Of a DNA stretch of 39,308 nt, positions 23,425 through 32,926 are shown piece by piece. How positions within the stretch are numbered: position 1 is the first letter of the stretch; every line of letters begins with the position of its first letter. Below the pieces are notes generated by a model, which was not told where the DNA came from, did not search any database, and worked only from the letters and a program-made list of their open reading frames with translations. Location: the IMG/VR virus record IMGVR_UViG_3300045988_099729, positions 1-39,308 of that record, one strand, 5' to 3'. Source of the stretch: a virus. The position numbers were made by a program, and so were the translations under genes.

Positions 23425-24763
23425 CAACCGGAGTATCAAGCACATCATCCTGACTTCTGGGAGAGCAGGAACAAAGTCCAGTTATGCTTCCATCCGGTCA
23501 GATTATCAGCTCGTATCGGATGCCAATGGATCTGTTGTTGTGCTGCGTAAGCACCATAACAAGCTCAGAAAGACGGTATACAAGGAAATGCTGCGGGGGA
23601 TCAGCCGTTTGCAAATACCGAAAAACAAGTTCCGAATTACGAAATCCCCGATGGAAATCACTTACAAGAAGTACGGGACAACAATGTACTTTGCCGGATC
23701 AGACGGTATTGACGATACAAAGGGTATCATTGACGAGGATAAACCGATCAAGCTGGTTGTCCTGGATGAACTGACAGAGTTTTTTGATGATGGCGAAGGC
23801 GAAGATGAGCTGACCAACATTGAAGCAACGTTCGTCCGTGGAAATAAGGGTGGATTCCAGATGATTTATCTGTACAACCCGCCAAAGAACCCAAATGCTC
23901 CGATCAATCTGTGGTGCAAGAAAATGGAAAAGCGTGAAGACTGCATCCATATTCACACGGATTACCGGGATGTGCCAGTGGACTGGTTAGGTCCTGATCT
24001 GATTGCATCGGCAGAGATGATGAAGAAAGCGGATCCGAAGATGTACCGGTGGGTATGGCTCGGTGAAGCGATCGGTGTGGATGAGCTGATCTATTATATG
24101 TTTTCAGATCGGCACAGACAAAAGCCGGATCCGGACAGGAGATATGATCGGATTTACATTGGAGGTGACTACGGGCAGCAGAATGCGACAACTTTTGAAG
24201 CATTCGGCCTGGATACCTACCGGAAGAAATTTCCGGGACTTGGAGAATATTATCACAGTGGACGGGAATCTGGAAGGCAGAAGAGCCCATCCGAATATGC
24301 AAGAGATCTGGTTGAGTTCATGGATGGGCTGCATGAACAGTATGAAAACCGGATCTTTTATATTTTTCTGGATCCGTCTGCAAAAGGTCTGGCAGAAGAG
24401 GTTAGAAGAGCCACCAGAACCGGACTGGATTATCAGGTGTTTCTCCGGGATGCGGAAAATGATGTGGCTCTTGGCATCAGCCGGGTACAGAAAGCACTGG
24501 TATTCGATATCATGTCGATTTCCCCGAAGCAGGAGTATGCGGTGCAGGAGTTTGGAACCTACGAGTATGATAAGAAATCCATTGAAAAAGGAAAAGAAGT
24601 GCCGGTGAAGGAAGCGGATCACTGCATGGATGCCATACGCTATGTGGTTATGGGCGCCTGGAGCAAGATCAAACATTGGCTACCTAAAGATGAAACGCCG
24701 GAAGAAATAGACATACGCGATATCAGCAGCAGGGAGGTGAGAGAAGAGGATGAATATCTTTAA
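23357..24763 (+). CDS. terL: Terminase large subunit (PBSX/XtmB-like)
   Basis: Walker A-like ILTSGRAGTKSS and Walker B-like LVVLDELTEF. C-terminal nuclease region with DHCMDAIRY. Confidence 0.9.
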   Translation: MTHQKKQVRISEIIIPKYLQIFNNRSIKHIILTSGRAGTKSSYASIRSDYQLVSDANGSVVVLRKHHNKLRKTVYKEMLRGISRLQIPKNKFRITKSPMEITYKKYGTTMYFAGSDGIDDTKGIIDEDKPIKLVVLDELTEFFDDGEGEDELTNIEATFVRGNKGGFQMIYLYNPPKNPNAPINLWCKKMEKREDCIHIHTDYRDVPVDWLGPDLIASAEMMKKADPKMYRWVWLGEAIGVDELIYYMFSDRHRQKPDPDRRYDRIYIGGDYGQQNATTFEAFGLDTYRKKFPGLGEYYHSGRESGRQKSPSEYARDLVEFMDGLHEQYENRIFYIFLDPSAKGLAEEVRRATRTGLDYQVFLRDAENDVALGISRVQKALVFDIMSISPKQEYAVQEFGTYEYDKKSIEKGKEVPVKEADHCMDAIRYVVMGAWSKIKHWLPKDETPEEIDIRDISSREVREEDEYL

Positions 24764-26165
24764 TTATTTCAGGAAAAAAGGAATCGATACGGTAGATGCT
24801 TCGTTCTACCGGAAGATCGATGAGTGGATCAGCTGGTACAATTCCAATGTCCGGCAGTTTACGTTCTACAAGGTGAATACCGGACGAGGTACAAGTAAAC
24901 GATGCCGTAGGAAGAGCATGGGAATGGCAAAGAAACTGTCAGAGGATATTGCAGATCTGCTCCTTAATGAGAGAGTTATGATCACACTGGAAGATGAAAT
25001 GACACAGGAATTTGTGCAGAAGGTTCTGGATAACAATCACTTCTTGGTCATGGGAAATGACTACCAGGAACGGAAAGCGTATTCCGGGACCGTGGCATAC
25101 ATCCCTTATCTGTACAATGCGGTTGTACAGGAAGATGGAACGATATCTGCAGGTGAGATTGGAATCAACTATGTGGATGCCAAGAACATCTATCCGGTCA
25201 GTTGGAATAACGGGAACGTCACAGAATGCGTTTTTACGTTTGTCCATACTGTTCGCCAGAAGAAATACGTGCAGATTCAGTTCCATCGGATTGAGTCAAA
25301 TGGGATGTATGTGATCGAAAATAATGTCCTGGAATGCACGAAAGGCAGTGCGGAAGGACGTGAGCTGACAGAACAGGAATGGAAACAGCTGAAACCATTT
25401 GCAAATCTGGCATCCAGAACAGAGACAGGATCCACAGAACCGCAGTTTGTTATCGACAGGCTGAATATCACAAACAATGCGGGCGAATGTAATCCAATGG
25501 GAATTGCGATTTTTGCAAACGCCATAGATACCTTAAAAAAACTGGACACGGAGTTTGATTCCTACTGCAATGAGTTCGATCTGGGAAGAAAAAGAATCTT
25601 TGTTGCTCCGGAAATGCTGACGAATGAGGACGGATCCCCAACCTTTGATCCGGATGATGGTGTGTTCTATTCGCTTCCGGAAGATTACGATAAGAGCCAG
25701 ACCGGTCTGATCAAGGAAGTAGACATGAGCCTCCGGGTAGAACAGCACAGCAAGGCAATCAATGATGATCTGAATTATCTGTCTCTGAAATGCGGATTCG
25801 GTACGGAAAGATACCGGTTTGACGGAGCAGGAGCGAAGACAGCAACTGAGATCATTTCGGAGAACTCAGATATGTACCGTATGCTGAAGAAGCATGAGAT
25901 AATCTTGGAAGATGTCATAAAGCGGCTGGTCAGAATCATTATCCGGCTCGGTATTGTGACAGGAAATACACTGGACCAGAACACAGATATTGTGATTGAC
26001 TTTGATGATTCTATCATTGAGGATAAGGGCGCAGAGCGTCAGCAGGACCGTCAGGACGTCAGCATGGGCGTGATGCGGCATGAAGAGTACCGTGCAAAAT
26101 GGTACGGTGAAACAGTGAAACAGGCAAAAAAGAATCTGCCAGAGCAGAATCAGGTAATGGAGTAG
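24750..26165 (+). CDS. Portal protein
   Basis: 471 aa and directly after terL, with the size, position and acidic C-terminal region typical of SPP1-type portals. Confidence 0.85.
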   Translation: MNIFNYFRKKGIDTVDASFYRKIDEWISWYNSNVRQFTFYKVNTGRGTSKRCRRKSMGMAKKLSEDIADLLLNERVMITLEDEMTQEFVQKVLDNNHFLVMGNDYQERKAYSGTVAYIPYLYNAVVQEDGTISAGEIGINYVDAKNIYPVSWNNGNVTECVFTFVHTVRQKKYVQIQFHRIESNGMYVIENNVLECTKGSAEGRELTEQEWKQLKPFANLASRTETGSTEPQFVIDRLNITNNAGECNPMGIAIFANAIDTLKKLDTEFDSYCNEFDLGRKRIFVAPEMLTNEDGSPTFDPDDGVFYSLPEDYDKSQTGLIKEVDMSLRVEQHSKAINDDLNYLSLKCGFGTERYRFDGAGAKTATEIISENSDMYRMLKKHEIILEDVIKRLVRIIIRLGIVTGNTLDQNTDIVIDFDDSIIEDKGAERQQDRQDVSMGVMRHEEYRAKWYGETVKQAKKNLPEQNQVME

Positions 26166-26166
26166 G

Positions 26167-27885
26167 ATGCGAAAAGAATACAAAGATCAAGTTGCCGATA
26201 AGATTGCAGCGCGGTACATAGGTCTGGAAGAACGGATCCTGCAGGACATTGCCCGGCGGATCAAAAAGACCGGCGAGATCACCAGTACAGCAGACTGGCA
26301 GATCAATAGACTTCTGATTCTGGGATATTCTTCCGAGGATATCGAAAGAGAGATCAAGAAAACACTGGATGCATCTTATCCGGAGATGTTTGAACTGTAC
26401 GATAAGGTAATTGACTGGGAATATGTTCGGAACAAGGACATTTACGAACAGATCAATGCAGAGTTTATCCTGTTTGAGAAGAATGAACAGCTCAAGCAGA
26501 TCACAGATGCGGTCATTCAGCAGAGTCTGGAAGATCTGGAAAATGTAACGAGGTCACTTGGCTTTTATCTGGATTATAACGGCAGAAAGGTCCTGACACC
26601 GTTGTCGCAGGTTTATACAAATTATCTGGACAATGCCTGCTTTGACATTGTGACCGGAGCATTTGACTATGGCAGCGTATTGCGCCGAGTGGTCACACAG
26701 CTGACAAACAGTGGACTTCGGAAGATTGAGTACGGATCCGGATACGCAAGCCGGGTAGAAGTGGCTGCCAGAAGAGCTGTGATGACTGGTGTGGCGAATC
26801 TTACCGGTGAAATAGCAGACTATAATGCCAAGAAGCTCGGAACAGAGTATTTTGAGGTTGAGTGGCATGCCGGAGCCCGTCCGACTCATGCAGTATGGCA
26901 AGGTCAGGTCTGGACAAAAGAGCAATTGTACTCAGTCTGTGGACTTGGTACAGTGACAGGACTTCTGGGAGCCAATTGTTATCATACTTATTATCCATTC
27001 TTTCCTGGTATTTCACAGCGTAACTGGTCAGATGAATGGCTGGAAGCTCAGAACCGGAAGGAAAGCAAACCAAAAGAGTTCCGGGGCAAAGCGTACACTC
27101 TGTACGAGGCAAAGCAGAGACAGCGCCAGATGGAGACAGCAATGCGGGCACAGCGAGAAAAGGTACAGATGCTTCAGGATGGCGGTGCTGATCGGCAGGA
27201 AGTTATGCTCCAAAAAGCCAAATATCAGGGACAGCTTAATGAATATGCGACGTTTTCTCGGAAAATGAGGCTGAAAGAGGAAAGAGAGCGGATTTATATT
27301 GATGGACGAGGAAGAATTGCACCGAGTCAGTATGATCTGAAAATGAGAATTTCTATTCCAGACACAGTTGCTAAGAAAGCAGGTTTGAGCAAAGAAATTG
27401 AAGCGAAAATCAATGCGGCGATAAAGAAGTTGGATTCGGAATACGTGATTTACTTAGATTCTATTAAAGGCGGAAAACTAAAGAAAAATGATATTTTTGC
27501 AACAGGTGCTTACTTGGATGAAAATGGAATGCTGAGACATGGACTTGTTTTGAATTACAAACAAGATTATAGAAAAGTTGAAACTATTATGCCGAGATGG
27601 TACAATGATGGTGTAATGGCGGGAAAGAATTTTGAAGATTACATTGCGCATGAAATGGCGCATATAATACCATTTCAGAACTGCGTATCAGAAGTGGAAT
27701 ATATAGAGTTAAATGAAAAAATAAGAAGGCAGTTCATAGCAGGAATTTCAGAATATGCAGATAGAAGCAAAGACGGTCGAGAGTGCTTAGCGGAGGCGTT
27801 TGTTAGATATAGAAACGGAGAGTGGATTCCAGATGAAGCAAGAAAACTTATCAGAAAATATATCCTTCATTGGCGGAGGGTTTAG
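26167..27885 (+). CDS. MuF-like / minor capsid protein 2 family head morphogenesis protein with a ~185-aa C-terminal extension carrying HExxH
   Basis: Core motifs VEVAARRAVMTG...EVEWHAGARPTHAVWQGQVW...GANCYHTYYPF. The extension spans about 27320..27885, with HEMAH at 27649..27663. Confidence 0.8.
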   Translation: MRKEYKDQVADKIAARYIGLEERILQDIARRIKKTGEITSTADWQINRLLILGYSSEDIEREIKKTLDASYPEMFELYDKVIDWEYVRNKDIYEQINAEFILFEKNEQLKQITDAVIQQSLEDLENVTRSLGFYLDYNGRKVLTPLSQVYTNYLDNACFDIVTGAFDYGSVLRRVVTQLTNSGLRKIEYGSGYASRVEVAARRAVMTGVANLTGEIADYNAKKLGTEYFEVEWHAGARPTHAVWQGQVWTKEQLYSVCGLGTVTGLLGANCYHTYYPFFPGISQRNWSDEWLEAQNRKESKPKEFRGKAYTLYEAKQRQRQMETAMRAQREKVQMLQDGGADRQEVMLQKAKYQGQLNEYATFSRKMRLKEERERIYIDGRGRIAPSQYDLKMRISIPDTVAKKAGLSKEIEAKINAAIKKLDSEYVIYLDSIKGGKLKKNDIFATGAYLDENGMLRHGLVLNYKQDYRKVETIMPRWYNDGVMAGKNFEDYIAHEMAHIIPFQNCVSEVEYIELNEKIRRQFIAGISEYADRSKDGRECLAEAFVRYRNGEWIPDEARKLIRKYILHWRRV

Positions 27886-27886
27886 A

Positions 27887-28042
27887 ATGACATTGCCAAA
27901 GTGTATGCTGTGCAGTAATTTCAATGAAAATAGTGAAGAGATGACTTGTAAAGCATTTCCAGATGGAATACCGGAGGATGTAATTTTTTCTGGTTATGAA
28001 GAGGAATGCAAAAACGGAATTAAATTTAAAGAGTTTGAATAG
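27887..28042 (+). CDS. Small Cys-containing protein (51 aa)
   Basis: ATG 1 nt after the MuF stop and GGCGGAGGG upstream. Sequence starts MTLPKCMLCSNFNENSEEMTCKAFPDGIPEDV. Confidence 0.55.
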   Translation: MTLPKCMLCSNFNENSEEMTCKAFPDGIPEDVIFSGYEEECKNGIKFKEFE

Positions 28043-28045
28043 TTG

Positions 28046-28075
28046 CCACCAGTCGAAATGACCGGTGGTATTTTT
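28046..28075 (+). terminator. Rho-independent terminator inside the head module
   Basis: ccaccagtc/gaccggtgg stem (one mismatch), 5-nt loop, then tattttt. Confidence 0.6.
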
Positions 28076-28099
28076 GTACTTATTTTTAGGAGGCCGGTA

Positions 28100-28375
28100 A
28101 TGAAAAAGAAAGCAGTAGCAGTATTAACGGCTATCAGCATATTGATAGCAGGTTTAACTGGATGCCAGACCGCCACGAAAAGTTATGGTGGGAAGACAAC
28201 GATAAAGCTTGAGCCAAATCAGAAACTGGAAGAAATTACCTGGAAAGATGATTCTTTATGGTACCTTACAAGACCAATGACTAATGAGGATATTGCTGAA
28301 ACCCATACATTCCAACAGCAGTCAAATTTTGGAGTCTTTGAAGGAACAGTAACCATCATAGAGTCAAAGGAGTAA
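28100..28375 (+). CDS. Small lipoprotein (91 aa), candidate superinfection-exclusion moron
   Basis: AGGAGG RBS. Signal peptide MKKKAVAVLTAISILIAGLTGC with lipobox LTGC. Confidence 0.75.
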   Translation: MKKKAVAVLTAISILIAGLTGCQTATKSYGGKTTIKLEPNQKLEEITWKDDSLWYLTRPMTNEDIAETHTFQQQSNFGVFEGTVTIIESKE

Positions 28376-28382
28376 AGAATTT

Positions 28383-28670
28383 ATGATAACAATAAAAATA
28401 ACAGATCACAGCATCTGTATGAATGGTCATGCCGGCAGGAAGAGTCCGGATGGGATTGATCGGGTATGTGCGGCAGTATCAGCACTGACCTGCAACCTGA
28501 TCAATTCCCTGAAAGATCTGACAGGTGACAGAATCCGGGGAGAAACAGCCAGCGGAATGACTGTGATCGAATGGGAAGATCTGTCAGATGGTGGAAAGCT
28601 TCTGATTGATTCATGGTTCCTGGGGATTGCAGTAATTGACCAGGAATACAATTGCATACAGTTTGAGTAA
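28383..28670 (+). CDS. prp: Prp-family (DUF464/YsxB-like) cysteine protease
   Basis: GHAG...GIDRVCAAVSALTCNLINSL is the Prp His/Cys signature. 95 aa. Confidence 0.8.
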   Translation: MITIKITDHSICMNGHAGRKSPDGIDRVCAAVSALTCNLINSLKDLTGDRIRGETASGMTVIEWEDLSDGGKLLIDSWFLGIAVIDQEYNCIQFE

Positions 28671-28757
28671 ATGAGCATCCAGTGAGGGTGCTTTTTATTA
28701 TGTCCAAAACATGAAGACAGAAAAAGCTCTGGAAAACACTCATATTTGGAGGTAAGC

Positions 28758-29357
28758 ATGAGAAAAAGAATTTTTTTACAGCTCTTTGAAGACGGCGGCG
28801 GAGCTGGCTCTGGTGGACAGGGTGGAAACGCTGGAGCAGGTAACGGCAGCCAGGGAAATGCCGGCGGAACAGGAAACCAGGGATCGTACAGTTTTGCGCA
28901 GGCAGAAGAGATTGCCAATGCGAGAGCAGACAGAGCTGAAAAAGCGGCGCTTCGTTCCTATTTTCAGCAGCAGGGAATGACAGAGCAGCAGGTGAATCAG
29001 GCAATTGCCGATTATAAGGAACAGCAGAAAAAGAATCAGCCGAATGTGACACAGCTGCAGCAGGATCTGGAAAATTCCAGAAATGAAGTCCAGCAGATGA
29101 AGAATGAGAAGTTTTTATCCGGAAAAGGTGTCAAGGCTGATGATCTGGACTATGTGACTTACAAGGTTTCCAAATTGGTGGATGATAAAACGACATTTGA
29201 AAAGGCAGCAGAGAAGTTTTTAAAGGAGAATCCGAGATTTGCCGGTGGAGGTTCTTACCGGATTGCAGATTCTTCAACAGGTAACGCTTCAAATGGTTCT
29301 GGCGGAAACATGAACGTTTCCATCAATGACCGGATCAGAGCTGCCGCGAGAAGATAA
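28758..29357 (+). CDS. Scaffolding protein (199 aa) with a Prp-type N-terminal leader
   Basis: GGAGGT RBS and ATG at 28758. Leader MRKRIFLQLFE, then a Gly-rich linker, then a coiled coil (QQKKNQPNVTQLQQDLENSRNEVQQMKNEK). Confidence 0.8.
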   Translation: MRKRIFLQLFEDGGGAGSGGQGGNAGAGNGSQGNAGGTGNQGSYSFAQAEEIANARADRAEKAALRSYFQQQGMTEQQVNQAIADYKEQQKKNQPNVTQLQQDLENSRNEVQQMKNEKFLSGKGVKADDLDYVTYKVSKLVDDKTTFEKAAEKFLKENPRFAGGGSYRIADSSTGNASNGSGGNMNVSINDRIRAAARR

Positions 29358-29371
29358 TGGAGGTAGAGTAA

Positions 29372-30352
29372 ATGCAGAATAGAAGAATGAATTTAAGATT
29401 GTTTGACACAGATACAAACATCATTGACCGTACCGGAGCAGAGTCTCTGATTCCAATTCAGGAATCCAATGAGATCATCCAGGGAACGATCGCACAGTCA
29501 GCAGTCCTGTCAAGAGGTCGCAAGCTGGCGAACATGACAAGCAGACAGTACAAAATGCCGGTACTGGATATGCTGCCGATTGCATATTTCGTAAACGGTG
29601 ATACCGGACAGAAGAAAACTACAAAGCAGGCATGGGACAAGAAGCTCATCACTGCCGAAGAGATTGCGGTTATTGTTCCAATTCCGGAAGCAGTTCTGGA
29701 TGATTCTGAGTATGACATCTGGGGAGAAGTAAAACCGAGAGTTACAGAAGCATTTGGAAAGGTTATCGACAGCGCAGTGCTGTTCGGTGAAAATAAACCG
29801 AACACATGGAGAGAAGATGTGGTTACAACCGCGACAAAAGCGGGAGCAGTCGTAACATTAGGAGCCGCAGACAGTCTGTATGACAAGATCATGGCAGAGG
29901 ACGGAGTGATCGCACATATTGAAGACTGCGGATACTTTGTAAACGGTCACATGGCAGACATTTCCATGAGAGCAAAACTCAGAGGCCTGAAGAACGCAAA
30001 CGGGGATCCGCTGTTCAAACAGGATCTGCAGGGAACCACACAGTATGCGCTTGACGGATCTCCGATGAACTTCCCGAACAACGGTGCTTTTGACAAATCA
30101 AAGGCTCTTATGATTTCCGGAGATTTCTCACAGCTCGTATATTCTATCCGTCAGGATATCACATTCAAACTCTTCACAGAGGGTGTTGTACAGAACACAG
30201 ACGGAACTATCGCATACAACCTGATGCAGAATGATATGGTCGCTCTTCGTGCTGTAATGCGTCTTGGTTGGGAAATCCCGAATCCGATCAACGCTCTTAA
30301 GACGGACAAAAACAAGAGATGCCCGTTTGCAGTTCTGAAAACAGGTGAGTAA
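29372..30352 (+). CDS. Major capsid protein (HK97-fold type) with a Prp-type N-terminal leader
   Basis: 326 aa and directly after the scaffold gene. Leader MQNRRMNLRLFD. The body is typical of Firmicutes siphovirus capsid proteins. Confidence 0.85.
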   Translation: MQNRRMNLRLFDTDTNIIDRTGAESLIPIQESNEIIQGTIAQSAVLSRGRKLANMTSRQYKMPVLDMLPIAYFVNGDTGQKKTTKQAWDKKLITAEEIAVIVPIPEAVLDDSEYDIWGEVKPRVTEAFGKVIDSAVLFGENKPNTWREDVVTTATKAGAVVTLGAADSLYDKIMAEDGVIAHIEDCGYFVNGHMADISMRAKLRGLKNANGDPLFKQDLQGTTQYALDGSPMNFPNNGAFDKSKALMISGDFSQLVYSIRQDITFKLFTEGVVQNTDGTIAYNLMQNDMVALRAVMRLGWEIPNPINALKTDKNKRCPFAVLKTGE

Positions 30353-30368
30353 GGGAGGGTGATGATCC

Positions 30369-30782
30369 ATGCAGATCACGTATGGATACTACGCAGTTGA
30401 ATATGGAGGAAAAACCATTCCGGAACAGGACTTCCAAAAAGCCGAAAGGCAGGCGGAAGCCTATATCCGGCATCTGACCTATGTGAAAGGTGATATCTTT
30501 GCCGCGGAAAATGATATAGTGAAGGATGCTGTTTGTGCTGCAGCAGAGGTTTATTACAAATACAATGCGCAGCAACAGTCAGGAGTCCCGTTGGTGAAGT
30601 CGGAAAATAACGATGGCTACAGTGTGACCTATGTCACAGAGCAGACGGATGGAAAGACAGCGGAAGAGATGGTGAAGAAAAAGGCGTATGATGCGGTATA
30701 TCCTTATCTTCTCCCTACTGGATGGCTGTCAAGAAAGGTAGGGGTGCGGTGTGATCACAAATGCAGATGTGACAGTTTATAA
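30369..30782 (+). CDS. Head-tail connector (gp6-like) protein
   Basis: Position after the capsid gene. The N-terminus is YAVEYGGKTIPEQDFQKAERQAEAYIRHLT. Confidence 0.6.
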   Translation: MQITYGYYAVEYGGKTIPEQDFQKAERQAEAYIRHLTYVKGDIFAAENDIVKDAVCAAAEVYYKYNAQQQSGVPLVKSENNDGYSVTYVTEQTDGKTAEEMVKKKAYDAVYPYLLPTGWLSRKVGVRCDHKCRCDSL

Positions 30783-31152
30783 CAGAATAAGCGGTGATTC
30801 CACACATTACGATACCTGGATCCGAACTGTTTTGCATGGTGTCCACGTCCATGTGGACCATAAGACTGCAGTTACGGATAACGGGCTGAAAAGTGCGGAG
30901 GTTTACAAAATCCGGATTCCCGCGGATATTCCGGAAGCAGGGCAGTATCTTCCGCCGGATCAGTTCGCCTGCTGTGGCGGTTATGGATACTGGACCATAC
31001 AGAATGATGATCAGATTGTCCTGGGAGAGTGTCAGATTGAGATTGAAAGACCTGCAGATCTGAAAGCCGTGTTCCAGAAGCACTGCAAGGTGACAAGCTG
31101 GTCGGACAACCGGTTTGGTACGACTCCGCACTGGCGGATCGGAGGCGAGTAA
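30751..31152 (+). CDS. Neck/head-closure protein (minor capsid 1-type slot), GTG start
   Basis: AGGGGTG RBS. The ORF lies in the neck gene string. Confidence 0.55.
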   Translation: MITNADVTVYNRISGDSTHYDTWIRTVLHGVHVHVDHKTAVTDNGLKSAEVYKIRIPADIPEAGQYLPPDQFACCGGYGYWTIQNDDQIVLGECQIEIERPADLKAVFQKHCKVTSWSDNRFGTTPHWRIGGE

Positions 31153-31153
31153 G

Positions 31154-31537
31154 ATGGCAGGAAAGAAAGAATTCCGGATCACAACGCCGAGAGGCAGTGT
31201 ATTTACAGTGACTGGTAAGAATGGTTCTACCACGGCATGGATGGAATGGGCTCCGGGATTCGCACAGAAAAAAGCGGAGGGATTTTCAAGGGCCCAGACA
31301 TTTGTGGATTCCGAGTGTCTGCGCTACATGAATCCGCTGACACCGAGAAGAACCGGGATGTTGATTAAGTCCGGGGCGCTTGGTACGGTGGTTGGTTCTG
31401 GCTCTATTGAATACCTTGCCCCATATGCCCGCCGGCAGTATTACGAGCATAAAACTAAGGCAAGATGGTTTGAAACAATGAAAGCGAGCCACAAAGATGC
31501 CATAAGGGAAGGAGCTGAGAAACTTGCCGGACAGTAA
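31154..31537 (+). CDS. Neck/tail-completion protein (minor capsid 2 / gp10-like)
   Basis: ATG at 31154. ...LAPYARRQYYEH is the typical motif. Confidence 0.6.
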   Translation: MAGKKEFRITTPRGSVFTVTGKNGSTTAWMEWAPGFAQKKAEGFSRAQTFVDSECLRYMNPLTPRRTGMLIKSGALGTVVGSGSIEYLAPYARRQYYEHKTKARWFETMKASHKDAIREGAEKLAGQ

Positions 31538-31946
31538 ACGGAAACCGATTATCGAAAGCATCCGGGAATATGTGAGAACGTATCCCGGAATCGATAACAG
31601 GAAGATCAATATTGATTATCTCGGAGACGGAATGGAGTATTCCATTGATCCGATCGGAGCAGATCCTGTCTATAAAAAATATACGGATGGGAGCTGTCTG
31701 AAACAGTTCCAGTTTGCTCTTACCAGTAAGGAGGCCTATGACGGTGATGCAAGAACAGGCATTGCCAATAGTGGCTTTTATCAGGACTTTGAAGAGTGGA
31801 CGGAACAGAACAACTTAAATGATATCGTACCTCAGCTGGACGGTCACAATGCTATTAGGGTGGAAGTGATGCAGTCCGGCTATTTATTTAGCGCGGAAGC
31901 TGATCTCGGACGGTATCAGATGATATGCAGAGTAATTTACAGATAG
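31524..31946 (+). CDS. Neck/tail-terminator-slot protein (140 aa, TTG start)
   Basis: The ORF directly precedes the major tail gene. Confidence 0.55.
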   Translation: MPDSKRKPIIESIREYVRTYPGIDNRKINIDYLGDGMEYSIDPIGADPVYKKYTDGSCLKQFQFALTSKEAYDGDARTGIANSGFYQDFEEWTEQNNLNDIVPQLDGHNAIRVEVMQSGYLFSAEADLGRYQMICRVIYR

Positions 31947-31956
31947 GAGGAGTTAT

Positions 31957-32454
31957 ATGGACCCAGAAAAGATGTTAGTAGGCAGACATAAGAAAGTAGC
32001 TTTTATGGATGCTGACGGTAAAGGAACAACATATACGAGAATGACTGGTTTTACATCACTGTCAGAGGGCAAAAACTCTATTGAGTACAGCCGTCAGTAT
32101 GTGGACGAAGCATCAGAAAGATCGGATGTAGTAGGCTATTCACCAGCCATCGACTACGAACTGGATAGATATACGAATGATCCGGTGCATGAAAAGATCG
32201 CAACAATTACAGATGATGAGATTGTTGGAACAGATGCACAGGTTAGCATTGTAGTAGTTGACCTCTTCGACCAGAAGACGTCCGAAACAACTTGTACAGC
32301 GCGTAAAAGATTGTGGAGTGTGATTCCGGACACAGAAGGTGACGGAACGGACGCGCTGATCTACAAAGGAAGTTTTAAAGCAGCAGGAGAAATTGTGAAA
32401 GGCACAGCTACCACCACAGACGGGTGGAAGACTTGTACTTTTTCAGAAGCATAG
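31957..32454 (+). CDS. Major tail protein
   Basis: AGGAGGAG RBS. 165 aa, in the canonical position before the chaperones and tape measure. Confidence 0.75.
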   Translation: MDPEKMLVGRHKKVAFMDADGKGTTYTRMTGFTSLSEGKNSIEYSRQYVDEASERSDVVGYSPAIDYELDRYTNDPVHEKIATITDDEIVGTDAQVSIVVVDLFDQKTSETTCTARKRLWSVIPDTEGDGTDALIYKGSFKAAGEIVKGTATTTDGWKTCTFSEA

Positions 32455-32476
32455 AATATAACAGGAGAGTGAGCCA

Positions 32477-32920
32477 ATGAGCCTTTGGAAATTTGGAGAT
32501 TTTGAAGCAGAAGTGGATTTCACGGATGCGGATTTTTTAGATGTGTTAGAGGAAGCAAAAGCAGAAATGTTTGAAGCAGGGAAAAAGGTTCCCATAACCG
32601 GAAAGCAGAGTGATATCATCCGCGCGCAGTGCGCGTGTTTTTATGTGTTCTTCGATACCCTGTTTGGCGAGGGAGCAGGGGAGCGGATCCTTTGCGGAAA
32701 GAACAGCATCAAGCTGTGTAACGAAGTGGCTGAATCATTGTTAGACTTTGAAACAGCAGAAACAAAGAAACTGGACGATAAATATGATAAGTATGCACCA
32801 AATCAAAATACAACGCAGCAGTTCCCGCATCCGCAGCCACAGCCAAATGGAAGCCGTCAGCAGAGAAGAAACTACCAGAAACAGTATGGTAAGGGAAAAT
32901 ATTCCAATACCGGAAGGTAG
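32477..32920 (+). CDS. Tail assembly chaperone (gpG-slot)
   Basis: Acidic N-terminal part and a Q/P-rich tail. Position immediately after the major tail gene. Confidence 0.6.
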   Translation: MSLWKFGDFEAEVDFTDADFLDVLEEAKAEMFEAGKKVPITGKQSDIIRAQCACFYVFFDTLFGEGAGERILCGKNSIKLCNEVAESLLDFETAETKKLDDKYDKYAPNQNTTQQFPHPQPQPNGSRQQRRNYQKQYGKGKYSNTGR

Positions 32921-32926
32921 CAGAGC

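Noticed and set aside
28785-28875. A Gly-rich run (GGGAGSGGQGGNAGAGNGSQGNAGGTGNQG) as a collagen-like or repeat-encoded element.
   Set aside because: There is no regular G-x-y periodicity and no nucleotide-level tandem repeat. It is most simply a flexible linker after the predicted Prp cleavage site of the scaffold.
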